64,000 bases of DNA from an uncultured Planctomycetaceae bacterium (lineage in GTDB: Bacteria > Planctomycetota > Planctomycetia > Pirellulales > PALSA-1355): NCBI GenBank assembly GCA_963785305.1, contig CAWAUV010000008.1, positions 384,001-448,000 of the forward strand. Direction: 5' to 3'. Under the pieces are notes generated by a model, which was not told the origin of the DNA, searched no databases, and was given only the letters and a program-made list of their open reading frames with translations. Both the position numbers and the translations under genes were made by a program. How positions within the stretch are numbered: the stretch's first letter is position 1; each line of letters begins with the position of its first letter. Shown here piece after piece: positions 1-11,547 of this stretch.

Positions 1-1438
1 CCGACATGAGCCGCGGCAACCTGACGAACAACGACCAGTCGATTATGAACATGACCCTCGCCCAGCAATGGGGCCTCGACGCCACGGGCAATTGGTCGAA
101 TTTCGTCAACACCGACGTCACGACGTCGGCCGACAATCTCGATCAGCAGCGCGCAAGCAATCCCGTGAACGAGATCATGGGCATTACGCAGCGCTACGGC
201 GCGGCCTGGCGCAGCCGGCCTACAGCCCGGCCGGCGCCATGACGGCGATCCCGCAGCCAGCAGCGCCAACCTCGGCCTTCGCGGCGACTTACGACGCCTG
301 GAACCGGCTCATCTCGCTCGCCGGCGTGGCGAGCTACAGCTACGACGGTCTCAATCGCCGCACGACGAAGACCGTTTCCGGGGTGCTTCGGGATTTCTAC
401 TATTCGAGCCAGTGGCAAATCCTGGAAGAGCGCATCGGCGGCACCACAGCCGCGGATCGGCAATTCGTCTGGGGCCTGCGCTACATTGATGATCTCGTCC
501 TCCGCGACCGCGCCACCGAGCGTTTGTATGCCCTGCAAGACGCCAACTGGAACGTCATCGCAATCGTCGATACGTCTGGCGTCGTTCAAGAGCGCTACCG
601 CTATACGGCCTACGGACTGCCAGCGGTTCTGAATCCCGACTTCAGCATTCGCTCCGGCGGCAGCAGTTTCGGATGGGAAACGCTCTACTGCGGATACCGC
701 TGGGATAGCGAATCAGGGCTATATCTCGCTCGGAATCGGTATTTGAATTCATTGCTCGGACTCTGGATTACGCGAGACCCGATCGGATTCGATGGCGGCA
801 ACTTAAACCTCTATGGATACGTGGGTGTTCGCCCAGTAGTCAAAACAGACCCAACTGGACTGTATCCCCCGCCCCCTGCGGTTCGAATAACACCATGTGG
901 CGACTTTAGTCTGACGGCTATGAACGTGCTAAACGCGACACCTGGAGTCCACGCTCCTGGCTGGACCCTTGTCTTCGACCCAGCAGACACGAATATGACA
1001 GGAGCTGGACCCTGTGCTTGCCCGGGGGGTAATTTTAAGTTATCCCAGACAATTGAACGAGTTGACTCTGGGATACCCCCACACCAAGACGTTCCGGATA
1101 CGCCACTAAACCCGATTCCGGCGGGTACGAAATACCCAGATTACTTTAAATGTTCTGGTCGAGGCGGTCCATTAACTATCCTCGATGCTCCCGGAGCGGG
1201 GAGCGGAATGGCTTTCACATATAAACTCACAGCTTGTGCTATTTGCGATTTGGGACCTGGAGCGGAAACTGTGATCGGATGTGCCAATTTTATTTTTGAA
1301 AATAAGACAGGCAATATCACATTGACTAGATATGACACAACTCCAGATCCCAACTCACCCCAGATCGGCATAGGTAAGGGACCATGGCCGGTATTTCCCG
1401 GACAACCAGGCGCGGTATGGGTTAAAGTCTACCCATGA
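1..1438 (+). CDS. RHS repeat-associated core protein with variable C-terminal (toxin-like) domain; 5' end outside window, frameshift near 225
   Basis: YD/RHS repeats (YDAWNRL, YSYDGLNRR, FYYSSQWQILEE), core motif 'YCGYRWDSESGLYLARNRY...RDPIGFDGGNLNLYGYV...TDPTGL', then a lower-GC ~190 aa tail; ORF 6..242 is the upstream part in another frame. Confidence 0.9.
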   Translation, partial: RHEPRQPDEQRPVDYEHDPRPAMGPRRHGQLVEFRQHRRHDVGRQSRSAARKQSRERDHGHYAALRRGLAQPAYSPAGAMTAIPQPAAPTSAFAATYDAWNRLISLAGVASYSYDGLNRRTTKTVSGVLRDFYYSSQWQILEERIGGTTAADRQFVWGLRYIDDLVLRDRATERLYALQDANWNVIAIVDTSGVVQERYRYTAYGLPAVLNPDFSIRSGGSSFGWETLYCGYRWDSESGLYLARNRYLNSLLGLWITRDPIGFDGGNLNLYGYVGVRPVVKTDPTGLYPPPPAVRITPCGDFSLTAMNVLNATPGVHAPGWTLVFDPADTNMTGAGPCACPGGNFKLSQTIERVDSGIPPHQDVPDTPLNPIPAGTKYPDYFKCSGRGGPLTILDAPGAGSGMAFTYKLTACAICDLGPGAETVIGCANFIFENKTGNITLTRYDTTPDPNSPQIGIGKGPWPVFPGQPGAVWVKVYP

Positions 1439-1589
1439 ACACCCACTTTGCCGAGATAGCCTGTGTTGCGTTAGCGGGTTCTTGATCTCCGAATGTTTTC
1501 GGAACGCAACAGGGATTCATCGGCCTCGTGCGGGAGCGAGCGAATCTGCACCGTCTATTTCGCTTTTCTGTTCGACGAAAGGTCTCATC

Positions 1590-2702
1590 GTGGTAGCCGC
1601 TTTCAAGCCCCGCGGTCGCTGTCTTTCGTTCTCGTTGCGAACATTGCTATTGGTGGTTCTGCTCTTCGGCGGCGGATTAGGCTGGCTGATGCATCATCGA
1701 CGGCAAAACTCCGATCTCTCCGAGACGCTGAAGGCGGCGGGATTTGACTGGTCGACGGGAGGAGGAGCTGAGTGCCTCCCGCAACCGGCATGGAGTTCAA
1801 TGTTGTTCGGACCAGACCCTCGCGCGCGACATCGGTGGCATTTCGTGGTGGTACATTTCCCGCTGCAACTGACCGAGATTTATCCTATCTTCGAGGCTTT
1901 ACAAATCTGTTCAGCATTAACCTTAACGAGACGCGGATCACCGATGCGGGCCTAGCAAACCTGAGAGGCATGACGAATCTCGAATGGCTATGGCTCAAAA
2001 ACACGAAGGTCACCGATGCCGGCCTGATCCATCTTCAAGGCATGACTCAGCTTGCGGTACTCGTTCTTCAAAATACGGAAACCACGGACAGTGGATTAGA
2101 GCACCTTCGGGGCTTGACCCAGTTGCAACAGCTTGATTTGCACGGCACACGAATCACCGATGCGGGGCTTGTCAATCTTCAAGGCATGACACAACTTTGG
2201 GATTTACTGCTTGGCCATACGAATGTCACCGATGCTGGACTATGTAGCATTGAACGGATGGATCAGCTGAAAAGCTTACGGCTCAATGGCCTTGGCATAA
2301 CTGACGACGGACTCGCTCATCTTCAAGGTCTGACAAGACTGGAGCTGCTCGACCTTGGGAGCACACCAATCACGGATGCGGGGCTTCCCAAGCTCAAAGG
2401 TTTAACATTTCTGAAACTCCTCATCCTCAGCAGTACGCAAATCACCGATGCCGGACTGATGCATTCTGAAGAGCCTGGGAAATTTGGAATCCCTTATCCT
2501 AGACGAGACCCAGATCACCGACTCCGGGTTTGCGCACCTTTCGACAATTAAACCGCTTGACCAATCTTCAATTGAAAGGAACCCAGGTATCCAACGCGGC
2601 GGTAGGTCGGTTGGCAACTTGCCTTGCTCATCCACTGGTCGTAAGCGGGCCCGGCGCAAATACTGCCATCATATTTCCATAGGTGGCCTGTCCATCCCGT
2701 AA
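1590..2702 (+). CDS. Membrane-anchored leucine-rich-repeat protein (planctomycete type), frameshifted; possible immunity partner of the RHS protein
   Basis: N-terminal 'FSLRTLLLVVLLFGGGLGW' helix, then ~24-aa repeats 'L.L..T.ITDAGL.HL.GLT.L'; pieces in ORFs 1482..1955, 1772..2551, 2484..2702. Confidence 0.75.
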
Positions 2703-2734
2703 ACTCATGGAGTGGAAAACGAGTGGAAAACGGG

Positions 2735-3075
2735 GGCGAATTCAAAGGGGTCAGGACTCATTGATTTCGCTGGCGGCGGTTTTTCGACCCGGCGAATTCA
2801 AAGGGGTCAGGACTCATTGATTTCGCTGGCGGCGGTTTTTGGGACCGGTGGGCAGTCTTTGCTGACGTTCAGCTGTCCGAGCGCCGGCAGCCCCGCCACG
2901 CGGGTGCGGCGAATCAGCACGAATTACGAGATTCGCGGGCTTGTGAATCAAATCACGAGCTACGCCGACACCGCCGGCACGACTGTTGTCAACAATTAGA
3001 AAGTCCCCGTTGGTTAGTCAAAATCAAAGGGGTCAAAAATCAAAGGGGTCAGGACTCATTGATTTTGCTGGCGGT
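2735..3075 (+). repeat. Three copies of a ~40-50 bp motif (TCAAAGGGGTCAGGACTCATTGATTTyGCTGGCGG)
   Basis: Exact 50-bp copies at 2735-2784 and 2791-2840, near-exact third copy at 3040-3075. Confidence 0.9.
2890..2999 (+). pseudogene. Short orphan RHS-core fragment
   Basis: Translates 'RVRRISTNYEIRGLVNQITSYADTAGTTVVNN', which resembles internal YD-repeat segments of RHS proteins. Confidence 0.5.
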
Positions 3076-3613
3076 TGTTGGTAGGCTGGCGGACATGCCA
3101 CGAGGCGACGAAGCCGGCGGCGTCTACCATGCCCTGAATCGAGCGAATGCCGCGTGCCATGCCCACGCTTGCGTGGGCATGCCGTCAATGGTTCGACTGT
3201 TGCCGTGAGCGACCAATCACAAGCCCGCGTCGCGCGGCCTCGACATGCACACACTTGTCATGGGCATGAGCGTCGATCGGCATGGCGCCCTGCGCCGTCC
3301 AGCATTGGGGTGCATTTGTCGCGGCAAGTTATTGGTATTTCAAGATTTCGAGCCTCCGATACGCGATGCCCGTCGCGATCGGGGGCTTGTTAGGCTTCTC
3401 GTTCTGGGCGTAAGATGGCTGGCGGTGCGCTTCGATCCGACGATCGAACCCGATCTCGGCGAGCAACGCATTGAGTTGTTGATATAGGGATGCCCGTCCG
3501 ACCCGCGGTCGCGCTCCGAAACGTGGATTCCGAATCGTGGATGCGGAGCGATCGGGCGAGCCTGTGTTCTGTTCCCAGTGGCGGCCTGCGCTCAATTGGA
3601 GTTTCGCCAAACC

Positions 3614-4671
3614 GTGGCTTCGCTTGCGACGACTCTCGATTCTCAAGACACCGCCCCGCGGCCGGCCCCGCGCCCTGCGCCGCTCAAGATCGGTCCGCTG
3701 GTGATCGATCCGCCGCTGTTGCAAGCGCCCATGGCGGGCTACACGAACTATGCCTTTCGCCAGATTGTGCGCGAGCTCGGCGGCGCCGGGCTGCAAGCCA
3801 CCGAAATGGTCAACGCCAAGGGCTTTTTGTGGCTCGAAAACCACGAGCAAGAATTACCCGATCGACTCTGGGGCGTCGCCGATGAACCGCGGCCGCTGGC
3901 GGTGCAAATCTGGGACAACGATCCCGGCACGCTCGCCGCCGTGGGCGCCAAGCTGCGCATGAAATGCGGGTCAGCGTGGTCGATATCAATTTCGGCTGCC
4001 CGGTCAAGCAAGTCACCGAGCGAGCCCACAGCGGATCGTATCTGCTGCGGCATCCGGAGCGCATGCTGGCGATCATCGAACGCGTGGTGGCGGCCTGTGC
4101 GCCGACTCCGGTGACGGCCAAGATTCGCCTTGGTTGCGCGCGCGATTGCATCAACGCGATCGATGTGGCGCGAGTGGTTGAGGCGGCCGGCGCGGCGGCG
4201 CTCACGGTGCATGGCCGCGTGGCCGAAGACTATTTCAGCGGCTCGGCCGATTGGGATCAGATCGCCGCCATCAAGCCGCATTTGCGCCGAATTCCGCTCA
4301 TTGGCAATGGCGATCTCGCCACGCCCGAGGCGGTGGTCGAAGCGTTTCGCCGTTATCCGGTCGATGGGGTGATGATTGCCCGCGCGGCGCTCAATCGGCC
4401 GTGGCTCTTTCGTCAGGCCCAAGCGGCGCTTTGCGGCGAGCCGATTCCGCCCAACCCCACGCTCGCCGAGGAACGCGCGCTTCTGCTGCGGCACTATGAG
4501 CTTGTCTGCCGGCGATTCGGCGTCGAGAAGGGCACCGTGCTCATGCGAAAGTTCGCGGCCTGCTATGCCCAAGGCCGGCCCGGCGCGAGCCAGTTTCGCG
4601 GCCATGTCAGCAAGGTGGCCACGCCCGAGGAATTTCGCGACTGCGTGGCGACGCATTTTCCGTTGGCCTAG
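3614..4671 (+). CDS. dusB: tRNA dihydrouridine synthase (Dus family), frameshift near 3960
   Basis: 'LLQAPMAGYTNYAFR', 'VDINFGCPVK', 'PVTAKIRLG', 'LTVHGR', 'PLIGNGD', 'DGVMIAR'. Confidence 0.85.
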
Positions 4672-4696
4672 CGAAAACATCGAGGCGCAGGGCTTT

Positions 4697-5563
4697 TTAA
4701 GGATTAGACCCGCGGCGTCGCGAGCGCGCGTATCGCCGAGCACGCCCCGCCAGGGCCAAGAAGCCGAACACCGCGAGCACCAGGGTCGAAGGCTCGGGAA
4801 CCGACACGATTTGAAAGCCATTGAGCACGGCGCGAGGGTTGGCCCCGCCGGGCGTCGAGTCGTATTGAGCGGTTGCCGTCAACGTAAACGAGGTTCCCGT
4901 CACGTTCGCGAACTCGTAGTAATTTCCCGGCGTGCCGCCCCCGGAGCCGCTCACGCCCGAAGTGGCGAGAATGAAACTCCCCGTGGTGGTTTGACCGCTG
5001 CTGGTAAGAATGGCGGTGCTGTTGTAGGTGGCAGCGCCATTTTCCAATTGATACGAGCCCCCACGACCCGCGACTTGGCCGGCGATGTAAATGAACACAT
5101 CGTAGGGCGTGCTGCCGGCGCCGGCGATCGCCGTCGGTAAACTCGAAATCGTCACGGTCGAGCCGGTATCGAGATAACCGTCGAATAAATCGTAGTCGCC
5201 AGGATTGCCACCGGTTTGCGCCCCCGTATATGCGGAATAAATTCCACCGCCGCTCGTCCAAGTCAACGAGGTGGGAGTGGAGGCGTCGGTATCCGTCAGC
5301 GATGCGCTTCCGCTGCTGGTGGTTTCGATATTCCATCCTGTTTGTGGAGCAAATCCGGCCGAGGTTCCATTTGGAATCGCCGTGCCGCCGGCAAACTGCA
5401 CTCCGATCATGTCGGCGTGGGCGCCACAGGGCACGGCGAAAATCGCCGCGGCAAACATGGCAATCCGGAGCGACGTGGGCACGAAGTTGAGATTTCCATG
5501 GATCGTCGGCGGGCAACCGCGACCGAAGGCGGCGGGAAGAGTGCGGGTTGTGCGTTTTTCCAT
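4697..5563 (-). CDS. PEP-CTERM exosortase-target protein
   Basis: Signal peptide '...FAVPCGAHAD', Thr/Ser/Gly-rich body, C-terminal 'VPEPSTLVLAVFGFLALAGRARR'. Confidence 0.85.
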   Translation of the reverse strand: MEKRTTRTLPAAFGRGCPPTIHGNLNFVPTSLRIAMFAAAIFAVPCGAHADMIGVQFAGGTAIPNGTSAGFAPQTGWNIETTSSGSASLTDTDASTPTSLTWTSGGGIYSAYTGAQTGGNPGDYDLFDGYLDTGSTVTISSLPTAIAGAGSTPYDVFIYIAGQVAGRGGSYQLENGAATYNSTAILTSSGQTTTGSFILATSGVSGSGGGTPGNYYEFANVTGTSFTLTATAQYDSTPGGANPRAVLNGFQIVSVPEPSTLVLAVFGFLALAGRARRYARSRRRGSNP

Positions 5564-5821
5564 TGGCGTGCTCACTGAACCAAAGTCGCATTGCGGGTCG
5601 TCGCGTTCGACCGCCAGCGCCTCGACTCCGGCGAACCGGCGTCGCGGGCGCCGGTGGCAACCCAGATCAACCTCAAAGCCTAATTGCACGAAGTTCTACG
5701 TCAATAGTTGAAAAATGCAATCCGGCGAGTTTCGAGGCGCAAAGGAAGAAATAATAATTAGCGGAGGATTATCGGGCCTGCGGTTCGCGCCTGGGGCAAG
5801 GGATCGTGGCGGACGTCGCTA

Positions 5822-5894
5822 AGGGCCGTTCCGAGAACCCTCGCTCGTCCCCTTTCCCATGCGGGGACAGGGCACGCGGTGTCGGATCGGCTCT
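5822..5894. repeat. ~80-bp miniature inverted-repeat element, family A (degenerate copy)
   Basis: Ends AGGGCCGTTCCGAGAAC...TCGGATCGGCTCT; related copies at 15225, 20296, 36812. Confidence 0.6.
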
Positions 5895-6040
5895 AAGCAC
5901 TGCTCGTGAACATGGGCGATCGCTCGCGTGGGCCGCCTTGTGGTCGCGGGGGGCGTGCGTTAATTTCAATGCACGGCGCGGCCGTTCCGGTGGGACGCCG
6001 GGCATTTTCGGGACTTTCGCGTTCACGGGCAAGGAGGTCG

Positions 6041-9000
6041 ATGAATCGCATGGCCAAGACTCGATATTTCAGCCGGCGCCGCGAAATCTCGGCGCGCGAA
6101 GGGCATGTTCGATTCGCCCGCTCGACGGCAGGGCTTCATCCTCGATATGAAGGGCGCGGCCTCGGTCGTTTATCACGACGACGAGTTGCTGCTCGGCGAA
6201 GTCAAGGAAGGCGGCGAAACGAGCCTGGTGGCGATCGAAATCCGGCCCGCGCAATACGGCGTCGAATTCGCCGCCGCCTGCACCTGCGCGAAAAACCGCT
6301 GCCATCATATGTTCGCCACGCTGAGGGCGTTCGACGCGATCGGCGGCGGCGCGTTGTTCGAGGGCGCGAGTCCCATCCCCGTCCATGCGAACTCGCCATC
6401 GGAGGTGCGTTCGATCTTCGAGCGCCACCGCGCAAAAATCGAAATCTTCCGCCGGTTCGCCGGCAACATCGGTCGCGGCAGCGCTCCCGCGAGCGACGCC
6501 GGCACGCGCGTCGCCAAGGCCGGCGGCTCCTTGCCCGCGCGAACCAAGCCCAAACCAAAGCCAGCCAAGCCGGCCCCGCCGCCGTGGAAGCGCGCCCTGA
6601 GCTCGATCCGTGCGCTCGAAATCAAGTCCCGACAGACTTCGAGCTTCTCGCGCGGGTTCGACGAAGACACGCAAATCATCTATGGAATTCTCCTCAGGTC
6701 GACCCGACAGCAAGACCGGCCAGTGGTGGTCGTGTATCAGCGCGAGCGACTCAAATCGGGCGCTTGGGGCAAAGCCAAACGACTGCGCCGTTCGCCCAGC
6801 ACCATGACGAAGCGCCAGGACGATCAGGACCCGTATTTGCTTGAAATGTTGGTTGGCTCCACGAAGCCAAGCCACTATTGGAGTTACGGAAACTTCGATG
6901 ACATCGAACTGGCGCCCGGACTCTATGATGTGGTGATGCCGCGCTTGTGCGCCACCGGCCGCTGCTGCCTGGCGCACGAGGTCGATGGGCCATTTCCCGA
7001 TGCCCCGTTTCTGACTTGGGACCCAGGCCCCGCTTGGCGATGCGACACGCCGTGGATGCACGACGCCTCCGCGGGCGAATGGCGCTGCGCGGGCGTGCTC
7101 GCGCGGGAGACGCCCGAGGGCCGGGAGCAGGTTTCTTTCGAATCCGTCGAGGCCCTGCTCTCCGATGGCCTCGTGATTTTTCCCGACCGCGTCGTGCGCC
7201 TCGAGCCCGTGGCCGCCACTCGCTTGGGCTGGATCATGATGCTCGATGAGCGGCCCCTGGTGGTCAAGGAATCCGAGCAGGACGCTTTTGCCGGCGAAAT
7301 GATGAAACTTTCGCGCGACGCGCGAATCGCGCTACCGGAAGCCTTCGGCTGGCGGGTCGACGACGTGGACCCGATTCCCTGTCTCAGCGTGACCCATTCG
7401 CGCAAGCGAGGCTCGGTGGAATCCTTGCTCGCGAAAGTCAGGTTCGACTACTTGGGGTCGGAAACCGCGACCACCTACTTCGGGCAATCGTTTGTCGACA
7501 CCGCCGAGCGTCGGGTGGTCGATCGCTTGCCCGAGCGCGAGAAATCACGTTGGAAAGAACTTCGCGCCGCGGGCTTCGCGGAGTCTGGGTATTCGTTTGA
7601 ACAGGCCGATGGCGAACTCCCAGCCAAGCTTTTTTCCGCGGCGGCCGAGCAATTGATTGCACAAGGCTGGCGGATCGAAGCCGAGGGAGCTCGGATGCGT
7701 TCGCCGGGCGAGATCCGTGTCAGCGTGGTGAGCGGAGTCGATTGGTTCGACCTCGCCGTCGATTGCGATTTCGATGGCGTCAAGGCTTCGCTCCCCAGCT
7801 TGCTCGCCGCGCTGCAAAAGGGAGAGCGTTTCGTCGAGCTCGGCGATGGCACGCGCGGCATGTTGCCCGAGGAATGGCTCGCCAAGTATGGGCCGCTCGC
7901 CGAGCTCGGCACGGTGGCGGGCGATCAAATGCGCTTTCGTCTCTCGCAAACCCTGATTCTCGACGCGCTGCTCGCCGCCCAGCCCGCGGCCGATCTCGAC
8001 GCGACCTTTGTCCGCACGCGCGAAAAGCTCAAGGCCTTTTCAGGTATTCAGCCGATCGACGCCCCCGAGACATTTCATGGCCAACTGCGCGGCTATCAGC
8101 GCGAGGGGCTTGGCTGGCTACGATTCTTGGAAGAGTACGGTTTCGGCGGCTGCCTGGCCGATGACATGGGCTTGGGCAAAACGGTGCAAGTACTCGCCCT
8201 GCTCGAAGCCAAGCGGCTCGAAGCCCAGAGGGCGGGATCGAACGGCCACCGCGACAAGGGCGCGACGAAAACGAAGGCGACATCGCTCAAGACGCTGGTC
8301 GTGGCCCCCAAGAGCCTCGTCTTCAATTGGATCGACGAAGCCAAACGCTTCACGCCCGAACTGCGCACGCTCGACTACACCGGCCTCGCGCAAGGAAGTC
8401 CGCGACCAAGTGGCCGACGCCGATCTGATCGTGACCACCTACGGCACGATCCGACGGGATATCGTCGAGCTCAAGGACGTGAAGTTCAATCTCGTGGTGC
8501 TCGACGAGGCCCAGGCGATCAAGAATCCCGCTTCGCAATCAGCCAAAGCTTGCCGCCTGCTCGTGGCCGACAACCGACTGGCAATGACCGGCACTCCGGT
8601 TGAAAATCATCTGGGCGATCTTTGGTCGATTTTCGAATTTCTAAATCCAGGCATGCTCGGCCGCTCGAGCGGCTTGCGAATGTTCGCCGGCAAATCGCTG
8701 CCCGACGCCTCGTCGGTCGAACTGCTGTCGCGGGCACTGCGTCCGTTCATGCTCCGCCGAACCAAGGAACAGGTGCTCACGGAGTTGCCGGAAAAAACCG
8801 AGCAAACCCTGTACTGCGATCTCGAGAGCCAGCAGCGAAAACTCTACAACGAACTGCGCGACCACTATCGGGCCCAACTCGCGCGAAAAATTCAGGCCGA
8901 TGGCATCGAGCGCTCGAAAATCCAGGTGCTCGAGGCGTTGCTGCGGCTGCGACAGGTCGCCTGCCATCCGGCGCTTGTCGACAAGTCGAAGGCCGATGTG

Positions 9001-9510
9001 CCGAGCGCCAAATTAGAAACGCTGCTCGAGCAGCTGCGCGAAGTGATCGTCGAAGGCCACAAAGCGCTCGTGTTTTCGCAGTTCACCTCGCTGCTGGCGC
9101 TCGTGCGCGCCGAGCTGGAGGAGCGCGATATCGTGTATGAATATCTCGATGGCAAAACGACCCAGCGAAAACAGAAGGTCGATCGCTTTCAGTCCGATCC
9201 GGCTTGCTCGGTATTTCTCATCAGCCTCAAGGCCGGCGGGCACGGTTTGAATCTCACGGCGGCCGACTATGTGTTCATTCTCGATCCGTGGTGGAATCCC
9301 GCGGTGGAAGCGCAAGCCGTGGATCGCGCCCATCGGCTGGGTCAGGCCAAGCCGGTGTTTGCCTACCGACTCATTGCCCGCGACACGGTGGAAGAAAAGA
9401 TTATGCAGCTTCAGGGCCAAAAGCGCGATCTGGCCGAGGCGGTGATCACGGCCGACACCAGCCTCTTGCGCTCGCTGAGCTCCGAGGATTTGCAAACGCT
9501 GCTGAGCTAA
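6041..9510 (+). CDS. SWIM-zinc-finger SNF2-family (DEAD/DEAH) helicase, frameshifted (~8390; start uncertain)
   Basis: 'ACTCAKNRCHH' SWIM motif; 'LRGYQREG', 'LADDMGLGKT', 'LDEAQAIKN', 'TGTPVEN', 'LVFSQF', 'SLKAGGHGLNLT', 'QAVDRAHRLGQ'. Confidence 0.9.
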
Positions 9511-9721
9511 GAATCTCTTGAAAAATGCCACGATGGCCGCGACGGCATTTTGCAACAGGCTGGTTAGCAGGGGCGTTGCGGACATTGGCGATGCCCTTGC
9601 CAGGGCGCGCCCTACCTCTCGATGGGCGCCCCCGGGGCTCCTGGGCGCCCGCGCAACTGGGCCGCTGCGCGACTGGGCCCCTGCGCGACTGGGCGGCTGG
9701 GCCCCTGGGCCCCTGGGCCCC

Positions 9722-11443
9722 TGGGACCAGTTCAGCTTATGCGGCGGTGGCGAGGGGGGTGGAGCGGCGGTGGAAGGGGTGGCCGGGGCGTTGCGAGAGG
9801 TAGTCCTTGAGCCGGCCGTCGTCGCTGAGGGCGGCGGCGCGGAGCTGCAAGATCGCTTCCGCTCCGTCGGGATCGTCCCAGAACATTTCGGTCCCTTTCA
9901 CGCGCAGGTTCATCTGTTTGATCAGCGACTCCATCGGCGCGCTGGTGACCGGCAGGCCCAGGCGGCGATAGCTGGGATAGTCCATCCGCTGGCGATTGTT
10001 CGTCAAGTACCGCACGGCGTCGACGAGCGGTTTCTCCGCGTCACTGGGTTTCGTATCTTCCCAGTCGATGCCCCGGGCGAGGCAGGCTTGCTTGATCTCG
10101 TCGATCACGTGATCGACCTGGCCTTGCCAGCACCAGGTGACGAACTTTAGATAGAGCGACCAACCCTCCGCATCGTTGGCGGCCAGCGCCAGGCGCCGCG
10201 CGGTAAACGTATTGAATCGCATGAATGAAGTCGAGGACGGGCGTGAACGTCGGAAAATGTTTTTTCCAGATCGACCAGTTCCAGTTCAGGCCATCACCGA
10301 GGAAGACCCGTAAAGGAGAATCGTAGAACCGGCGCCGCTGGGCTTCGCGCCGCATCAGCGGGCCGAAATCCTCCGAGCAGGACATACTGCTCAGCGCCGT
10401 GCGCGAGCACTGCGCCGCGGGCCTTCGTACTTCACGCGGCGGGGTTTCTCGGCGGCGGATTCTTCGCCGGGTGAATCGAGGCGGGGAACCGCTTTTTCCG
10501 CGATATTCGCCACTTTTTTCGCGATGCGAAAGGAAGTCGGCAACTCGGGGCAAGCGTCTTCGTCCGCGACATGCCGCGGGTTGAGAGACATTCGCTCGAA
10601 CGAAGCGTTCTTCGTTTCGCGCCAGCCTTTCTCGCCCGACGGCACGACGCCGCGTCCCCGGCCCGGCTCGCGCGTGCGAATGCGGCCGCCGTCGCAAGAG
10701 ACCACCGCCGCTTCCGGCACGACGACTTCCTTGACGACTTTTTTATTGTCGCTGGGCGCCGGCAGTGCCTTCCCGTCGGCCAGTTCCTGGCCCACCTGTT
10801 TCACCAAACGCCGAATCGTGCTGCAGGGAACTTTGTGTCCCAGCACTTGCTCGGTGATCACTTCCGCGCGCTTGAACGAACGGACTTCCGCGGCTAGGCA
10901 GACCACGGCTCGCGTCAACTCGGGCGTGACCTCGCGGCTATCGAGTCCCAACGTCAACCGCTGAGGGAAAAAAAGACCGCCGGCAGCGGTCGCAGTAAGC
11001 GGTCGTCTCGGTCACCTCGACCCGGCCATCCAGGCTGGTGACCGGCCTCGTTGCGGTTTGCACGCGGCACGACGCTCCGCAGGTGGGGCAGTTCGCTTCC
11101 GTCGGGCAGCTCGCGGCGACTTCACGCATCGCTCGCTCTTGGGCTTCACGGCTCAACTCGCGGCCGAGCGTGATAGCATACCGCTCGATGACGCTATAGT
11201 GCGGCGTGCCGAGGAACGCCCCCTGCTCGACCATCTCCTCGATTCCCAGTTCGGCCAGTTCCCGCAAAAGTTCCTTCCTCCTGGCCTCGCGGGCCTGCAT
11301 CGCGGCGTCCATGCCTAGCGCTCCTTAAGCAAGTTTCGTTCACCGATCAAATCCACCTCGCCCAGCTTACCACACAAACCCCGAATTCTCCTATTGACGT
11401 TTCCACATCCACCCCCCAACCCGCAAAAGCTGAACTGGTCCCG
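9722..11443 (-). mobile_element. Insertion sequence, ISKra4/IS256-superfamily-like, ~1.72 kb
   Basis: 22-bp terminal inverted repeats GGGACCAGTTCAGCTT(A/T)TGCGG at 9723-9744 and 11421-11442; 8-bp flanking duplication TGGGCCCC (9714-9721, 11444-11451); contains a transposase. Confidence 0.85.
9737..11312 (-). CDS. Transposase of the IS above (split over 4 frames)
   Basis: 'CPTCG...CDRCRRSFFP', 'VVSCDGGRIR', 'VFLGDGLNWNW', 'LDFIHA', 'RMDYPSYRRLGLPVTSAPMESLIKQMNLRVKG'. Confidence 0.8.
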
Positions 11444-11547
11444 TGGGCCCCTGGCCCCTGGGCTCGACGCGAACCCGCGTTGTTTGGGTTCGGGGTCGAT
11501 GGTAGACTCCCGCCCCCTGGGGAATTGTCCCGCCAAGGAGTGCCATC

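Noticed and set aside
2735..3075. Possible mini-CRISPR from the 50-bp repeats
   Set aside because: Spacing is irregular (6 bp and ~200 bp), so it is not array-like.
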